Notes under the pieces: model-generated
What the model was told of the DNA's origin: nothing
What the model saw: the letters and a program-made list of their open reading frames with translations, nothing else
Databases searched by the model: none
Origin: an uncultured Pseudomonadota bacterium
Lineage (GTDB): Bacteria > Babelota > Babeliae > Babelales > JAUPTZ01
NCBI GenBank assembly: GCA_964429275.1
Contig: CAYSBJ010000003.1
Coordinates: 129,337-193,336 of the forward strand
Reading direction: 5' to 3'
Length of the DNA: 64,000 nucleotides
Part shown: positions 59,103-64,000 of the stretch, in pieces
How the letters are laid out: every line of letters begins with the position of its first letter
Position numbering within the stretch: the first letter of the stretch is position 1
Program-made: the position numbers and the translations under genes

Positions 59103-59543
59103 ATGTCTGGGGATCGGTTTAAAACGCCTTCGTTTGTAAATATTATTTTGCATCGTAGCGACATGATATGTTTGTTAAAGCGAGCTAGAACACCTAAATA
59201 TTTTCCTGGTATGTACGTTCTTCCTGGCGGGGGAGTTGATCAAAATGAGTCATTTACGGCTGCTGCGGCACGAGAAGCGCGTGAAGAGATAGGTATAGTG
59301 ATTATGCCATCATTCTTAAAGTGTGTTCATGTTTGTCATGTTGCTACCCCGGCAGGGCCCCTTATTGATGTGTATTTTGAGGCTTCTTCTTTTGAGGGGG
59401 AACCTTCTATTAGTGAGCCTGATAAATGCGATGAGGTTGCTTGGTTTTTATTGGATGCGCTTCCATTAAATCTTATTCCAGAGCATAAGCATGCGCTTGC
59501 AATGATTAAACAAGGGATTATGTTTAGTGAGTGGGGCTGGTAA
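59103..59543 (+). CDS. NUDIX hydrolase
   Basis: The Nudix box GGGVDQNESFTAAAAREAREEIGI is present. Confidence 0.8.
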   Translation: MSGDRFKTPSFVNIILHRSDMICLLKRARTPKYFPGMYVLPGGGVDQNESFTAAAAREAREEIGIVIMPSFLKCVHVCHVATPAGPLIDVYFEASSFEGEPSISEPDKCDEVAWFLLDALPLNLIPEHKHALAMIKQGIMFSEWGW

Positions 59544-60487
59544 CAGTGAACCAAGCAGTAGTACTTCAATCTATCGTTTCTTCATGGGAAAACCCTGGGC
59601 TTTCTCTTATCGTATGTAATCCTGAGCAATCTTCTCTCTTTTGGTATTATTTTCGAAAAAGTTATGCCCACAAAATGTTTTCTTTCCCTGCAAGTGTTGG
59701 TGATTTTTCCCAATGGAGTGGAGAACTTTCGCAATCCTTTCTAGGCACCGCACAGGTCTATTGGGGGATTCTTCCGCCTACCACAAGCAAGATGAACAAA
59801 GTCCGACAGATGGTTGTCCAGTATTTGAAAGGATATAGCGGTCCGCATGCAGTGTGGCTGCTAGTGAGCGAAGAACAGGTAGCTGAATTTGGTTCTTGTC
59901 GCAAAGTAATTGTGGCAAGCCAAACATCGATGCAAGAGCTTGGTTCTTACGCAACGCTACTTGGTTTTGAGCGAAGTGTAAAAGTTCTAGAAGCGTGCGA
60001 TCTGTCACGGAACAAAAGCTTTCTATCTCTTGATGAAGCAGTATTGTTATTGTTGCATGCGGGATATGTGCCAATGCGGCTGCCGGAGCAGTCAGCTGCT
60101 TTTCTTACTCGTTTGCTGCCGCAAGAACTTTCATTAGTGCAACTTGCAGAACTATTTTTTAAACGTGATTGGAAAACATTTCTTGAATTATGGGACGAGC
60201 GTTCAGTTATGTATGGCGACATGTTTTGGATTAGTTTCTGGGCTGAGCAGTTCTGGCGTGCGTATTGGGTGTGCTGGTATATGAAACGTGGGCAGCAGAC
60301 TCGAGCACGGAGCATGGGGTATAGACTACCAAATTATTTTATGGCGAGCGGTTGGCAGCAGGCAAATTTAATCGCTTTGCGGGCGCAATATGAACGTGTC
60401 GCTTTCTTCGATACCAACGTTAAAAAGGGTTCTTTTTTGAGTGCCCATGAGCTGATAACAGAGTTGGTAGCAATTACGGCTGGCTAG
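59531..60487 (+). CDS. Hypothetical protein, possibly a divergent DNA polymerase III delta (HolA)-like subunit
   Basis: 318 aa. The size, helical C-terminal half and housekeeping context are compatible with HolA, but I see no diagnostic motif. The start may be the GTG at 59546. Confidence 0.3.
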   Translation: MGLVTVNQAVVLQSIVSSWENPGLSLIVCNPEQSSLFWYYFRKSYAHKMFSFPASVGDFSQWSGELSQSFLGTAQVYWGILPPTTSKMNKVRQMVVQYLKGYSGPHAVWLLVSEEQVAEFGSCRKVIVASQTSMQELGSYATLLGFERSVKVLEACDLSRNKSFLSLDEAVLLLLHAGYVPMRLPEQSAAFLTRLLPQELSLVQLAELFFKRDWKTFLELWDERSVMYGDMFWISFWAEQFWRAYWVCWYMKRGQQTRARSMGYRLPNYFMASGWQQANLIALRAQYERVAFFDTNVKKGSFLSAHELITELVAITAG

Positions 60488-60584
60488 CGACCGAATATGT
60501 TTTTTCGTGTCGGCTTCTTGTATTTATTTCTCTCCTGTGTTAAAAAAGCCGCCTCTATATGCTGTATTTCATTTAAGGGTATCA

Positions 60585-60941
60585 ATGAGCGTGCTTGAAT
60601 ACATTAAGGAGGCTATGACCGATATGTCAAAGCAACAGCCGTTGACTGATTTATTAAAGAACACAGTGCGTCGTATGGTACGCAGTCTGGGCCAATTTGA
60701 ATCGGGAAACATTTATTCACTGCTTATTAACCAAGTTGAGAAAAACCTTATTGAGATCGTGCTCGAAGAGCAGCGTTATAATCACTATCACACCGCGCGT
60801 GTGTTGGGGATTGGGCGCAGCACTTTATACCGTAAAATGGAGTCGCTCAAGATTGATCCACGCCCGGTGTACCGTCGCATGGAGAAAACTGAAGATGCTA
60901 ATTTAAGGAAATCATTTCCTCTACGAGAGCAAAGTCGATAG
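60585..60941 (+). CDS. Fis-like small DNA-binding protein (HTH_8) with a C-terminal extension
   Basis: LLINQVEKNLIEIVLEEQRYNHYHTARVLGIGRSTLYRKMESLKI parallels E. coli Fis ([44 protein letters not shown]). The ATG at 60585 lies within ORF 60507..60941. Confidence 0.6.
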   Translation: MSVLEYIKEAMTDMSKQQPLTDLLKNTVRRMVRSLGQFESGNIYSLLINQVEKNLIEIVLEEQRYNHYHTARVLGIGRSTLYRKMESLKIDPRPVYRRMEKTEDANLRKSFPLREQSR

Positions 60942-60966
60942 GTTTTTATTTGTATATGAAATCACA

Positions 60967-60998
60967 AAAATGGGGGCGGTCAAAACCGCCCCCATTTT
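60967..60998. terminator. Bidirectional hairpin terminator between convergent genes
   Basis: AAAATGGGGGCGGT CAAA ACCGCCCCCATTTT. Confidence 0.7.
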
Positions 60999-61011
60999 TA
61001 ATTTATTAAAC

Positions 61012-61881
61012 TTACAGCTTTGCAAAAGTTGCTCGCTGGTGCTTAAAGCTATCAACCCATATGATGCGCTCTTTGAAGCCTGCTGCATCCAGAAGTTTTC
61101 CTATAGCTGCGGCCTGGGTGCTGCCATGTTCGAGAACGATTTGTGGATGCGGTGTTTTTGCTAAGCGGCCTGTAAGGTGCTTAGCTGATTGGGCAATAAT
61201 TTGTGCATACACTTCTAAGCCATTTTCACCGCCAACAAGCGCAAGCGGCGATTCCCAATCTTTTACATCTGGCGTAATTCGTTCCCATTCTCTTTTTGTT
61301 AGGTATGGGGGGTTGCTGATGATTAAATCAAACTGCTGATCATCAAGCCCTTTAAATACGTCGGCGTGCATGAAAGTAACGTTATATACGCTTAAGGCTT
61401 CTTGGTTTGTGCGAGCCAGTTTAAGAGCTTCACTATCAACATCAGTAGCTATTATTTGTACTGAAGGAAGGTGTGTTGCAAATGCTAGCGCTATTGCGCC
61501 AGTACCAGTACCAATATCAAGAATACGAAGGCCTTCTTGGTCTTTTAAATTAATGATTAGATTCCATACCAGCTCTTCGGTCTCATGGCGAGGAATAAGA
61601 AACGGCGCTTTGACTTTAATCTCAAGGCCACAAAAGGGAGCAGTTCCTAGAATATAGGCAAGTGGCTTGTGTTGTTGGGTGCGTTCATCAATGAAAGTAA
61701 AATACGCTTTTGAGTCTTCATCATTAACCATTTGTTCCAGTGCTGCAAGCAGAAATGGTAGCTTCGTTCGTAATGCGTGGCACAGAAGCCAACGCGCCTC
61801 TTGTTGAGCGCTTTTTTCATTACCAAGATATGCCGCGAGTCGCTGAGTTCCAAGGTCAAGTGTTTGTCTGGCTGTCATCAT
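61012..61881 (-). CDS. prmC: Release-factor glutamine N5-methyltransferase PrmC/HemK
   Basis: The SAM-binding motif ILDIGTGTGAIAL and the catalytic motif ISNPPYL are present. Confidence 0.9.
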   Translation of the reverse strand: MMTARQTLDLGTQRLAAYLGNEKSAQQEARWLLCHALRTKLPFLLAALEQMVNDEDSKAYFTFIDERTQQHKPLAYILGTAPFCGLEIKVKAPFLIPRHETEELVWNLIINLKDQEGLRILDIGTGTGAIALAFATHLPSVQIIATDVDSEALKLARTNQEALSVYNVTFMHADVFKGLDDQQFDLIISNPPYLTKREWERITPDVKDWESPLALVGGENGLEVYAQIIAQSAKHLTGRLAKTPHPQIVLEHGSTQAAAIGKLLDAAGFKERIIWVDSFKHQRATFAKL

Positions 61882-62765
61882 GATTTTAATAACTCCTCAA
61901 TAAAGATATTGCTTTCAAAAGGGGCAAGTGCATCAACTTGTTCGCCAAAAGTTATGTAGATAATTGGCAACCTAAGTTCATGTGAAATATTGAGTAAGAA
62001 ACCTGCTTTGCCAGTACCATCACATTTAGTGAGAACAAGGCCAGTCAATTCAGTTGTTTCATGAAATTGGCGGGCTTGTGCAATACAATTCTGTCCTAAC
62101 ATGCTATCAAGCACCAGCCATGTGTGGATGGTTGCTTCCGGCAGTCGCTTGTGAACGATGCGTTTGATTTTTGCCAACTCCTGCATAAGATGCGTTTTTG
62201 TTTGCAAGCGTCCAGCGGTGTCAATAATGAGGTGGTCAAATTTATTTTCAGCGAATTGAGTGCAGCCCTCAAAAACTACCGAAGAAGGGTCTTGGTTTGG
62301 TTTGCCAATATGAACACTCGCGCCACTTTGCGTTGCCCAAGCGGCTAATTGATCAGTTGCTGCAGCGCGGAAAGTATCTCCAGCTACGACAAGCACTTTT
62401 TTGTTAGCTCGTGTGTATTTGTGTGCTAATTTTCCTATAAAGGTAGTTTTGCCGCTTCCATTTATGCCAACAATTAATGAAATGATTGGCTGTTGTTCTT
62501 TAGCTGGCGGAGGAAGGAGTGATTGTAGATAAGCAACTAATAGATCATGGACTTGTTGTCCCGATAGAGATTGTGCCTTCATTTGCTCGGTTAAGTATGT
62601 AATGATTTTGTTAGTAATAACAGGGCCGGTATCAGCGGCCAATAAGATTACTTTTAGCTCTTCAAGCCATGCTTGGTCGATTGGTTTGCTTGTAAAAAGA
62701 CTAGCAAGTTTTTGGGTGACTGCTTGGTAGGCTTTATTTAGTTTTTCTTTTATAAATCCAAACAT
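61878..62765 (-). CDS. ftsY: Signal recognition particle receptor FtsY (short form, NG domain only)
   Basis: GINGSGKTTFIGKLA, DTAGR and TKCDGTGKAG motifs. At 295 aa it has no acidic A domain. It overlaps prmC by 4 nt and the upstream ABC ATPase by 1 nt. Confidence 0.9.
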   Translation of the reverse strand: MFGFIKEKLNKAYQAVTQKLASLFTSKPIDQAWLEELKVILLAADTGPVITNKIITYLTEQMKAQSLSGQQVHDLLVAYLQSLLPPPAKEQQPIISLIVGINGSGKTTFIGKLAHKYTRANKKVLVVAGDTFRAAATDQLAAWATQSGASVHIGKPNQDPSSVVFEGCTQFAENKFDHLIIDTAGRLQTKTHLMQELAKIKRIVHKRLPEATIHTWLVLDSMLGQNCIAQARQFHETTELTGLVLTKCDGTGKAGFLLNISHELRLPIIYITFGEQVDALAPFESNIFIEELLKS

Positions 62766-63499
62766 TATGTGGTGCTTTCTTTCATCAATGGAATGAGTTC
62801 GATACTTCGCGTATCGTCAGGGTGGATTTCGATTTCGTAGTAGTGATGTTCAGCATATTGGTTGACGAGCTCTTTGTCGTGGCAGATAACCAGGATGGTT
62901 AAATCTTTACTTGTTTTTAATAAGTCATGCAGGAAAGCCATTACCATGGAAGAGTTTTTGTCGTCAAGCGCAGCTGTTGGCTCGTCTAGTAATAGAATGC
63001 GAGCTGACTTTTGAAGTGCCATCAAAATAGAAAGAATTTGCCGTTGGCCCCCCGAAAGCATGCCGGCTGGCACGGTGTAGTCGATACCGAAGCGTGCAAC
63101 TAATTCTGGTATGTCTGTAGCGGGGACAAAGGGCGTTAATCCTGGATAGGTTGGCATCCCTGCAAGTTGCAAATTCTCGGGAAAAGTAAACTGGTCAGCG
63201 AGCATCTCATCAAATTTTTGCGGAGCGAGGCGGATATCATTGGAAAAATTGCGTCGCGATTCGACTTGAGAGAGATCATAGGTATGCCCATTAAGGATAG
63301 CCGTCCCGGTAACCGATTCAATAGGCTCAATTTTGCCGCGCAAGATTCTAAATAATGTTGATTTTCCTGCGCCGTTTCTACCTCGAATAAAGTTCATTGT
63401 GTTTTTCTTAAATGCGCAAGAAATATTCTTAAAAAAATGCTTGTCTTGAGTATGATCAAAGCTAAATGAAAGATTTTGTATAGACAAATAATTGCTCAT
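62765..63499 (-). CDS. ABC transporter ATP-binding protein (the type partnered with PF04392 binding proteins)
   Basis: Walker A GRNGAGKST, signature LSGGQRQILSILMAL, Walker B LLLDEPTAALD. Confidence 0.85.
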   Translation of the reverse strand: MSNYLSIQNLSFSFDHTQDKHFFKNISCAFKKNTMNFIRGRNGAGKSTLFRILRGKIEPIESVTGTAILNGHTYDLSQVESRRNFSNDIRLAPQKFDEMLADQFTFPENLQLAGMPTYPGLTPFVPATDIPELVARFGIDYTVPAGMLSGGQRQILSILMALQKSARILLLDEPTAALDDKNSSMVMAFLHDLLKTSKDLTILVICHDKELVNQYAEHHYYEIEIHPDDTRSIELIPLMKESTT

Positions 63500-63501
63500 T
63501 C

Positions 63502-64000
63502 TTATACCCCTAAGACCTGTGCTCGTAGACGCGAGTGGCGATACTTTGTGATCAATATAGCTGCAACAATTAAGGAGTTAACCATAGTAAAGTACTTAAG
63601 GTTAAAATTTACTTTAAGAAGCAGTTGAATAATGATGAAATAGGTTAGGCTTCCGACTAGTGGAACCCACATGGAGAATGGCTTGTCTCCCCCCACAATT
63701 GTTTTTCCTAGAATAATTGAATTGATACAAAAAAGTGCTTTCATAGAGCCCATGTTTACGTCGACAAAACCGCTTGCTTGAGCATCAAAGAAGCCGGCAA
63801 GGCCAGCAAGTCCATTTGCGATCATGACACCGGTAATAAATATGAAACGGGTGGAAACTCCATAATTTTCGAAAAATCTCGGGTTGTTGCCATAGACCGC
63901 AAGGCTTGTACCAAGCTTGGTGCGAAGGAAGAGGCTACCAAGTCCCATAAGAAGTAGCATTGTAATTACAAGTGACGGGAGCTCAGGATACTTTCTCAAG
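63502..64000 (-). CDS. ABC transporter permease (BPD_transp_2-like), N-terminus beyond the window
   Basis: The C-terminal part of a branched-chain-type permease (LAVYGNNPRFFENYGVS...IANGLAGLAGFF...). The TTG shown at 63999 is probably internal. Confidence 0.75.
   Translation of the reverse strand, partial: LRKYPELPSLVITMLLLMGLGSLFLRTKLGTSLAVYGNNPRFFENYGVSTRFIFITGVMIANGLAGLAGFFDAQASGFVDVNMGSMKALFCINSIILGKTIVGGDKPFSMWVPLVGSLTYFIIIQLLLKVNFNLKYFTMVNSLIVAAILITKYRHSRLRAQVLGV

Overview
This 64 kb window is bacterial chromosome with standard genetic code. It is mostly housekeeping genes interrupted by lineage-specific secreted or membrane ORFs and by a dense palindromic repeat family. I cannot place the taxon from sequence alone; the overall content hints at a Gram-negative, possibly host-associated lineage.

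Recognisable core genes:
- DNA and RNA: topA, gyrB, radA, tadA, a DksA-like gene, pnp, rph, prmC, ftsY.
- Fe-S assembly: sufC, sufB and a short sufD.
- Translation and transcription block: rpsI, rpsO, and a tRNA cluster (Tyr-Gly-Thr-Thr-Trp) followed by secE-nusG-rplKAJL-rpoBC.
- Other: tandem thymidine kinases, an isolated atpG, a BatA-E-like cluster, five PF04392-type ABC substrate-binding paralogs, and one ABC permease/ATPase pair.

No rRNA, CRISPR array, IS transposase or prophage was seen.

The most interesting signal lies at about 36.4-37.5 kb. A composite palindromic repeat occurs there as short, roughly 120-130 bp units. One roughly 430 bp unit has its core replaced by an intact small GIY-YIG nuclease gene. 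This resembles an autonomous element with MITE-like derivatives, analogous to RAYT/REP but using a different nuclease. Degenerate copies of the family sit in many other intergenic gaps in the window.

Other notable points:
- a 53-aa four-cysteine insertion in RpoB;
- a TAG-interrupted member of a three-gene paralog family with paired hydrophobic segments;
- a 30-bp direct duplication flanking a repeat insertion after gyrB;
- a short S15.

All coordinates, alignments and hairpins were derived by eye, and start codons are often approximate.
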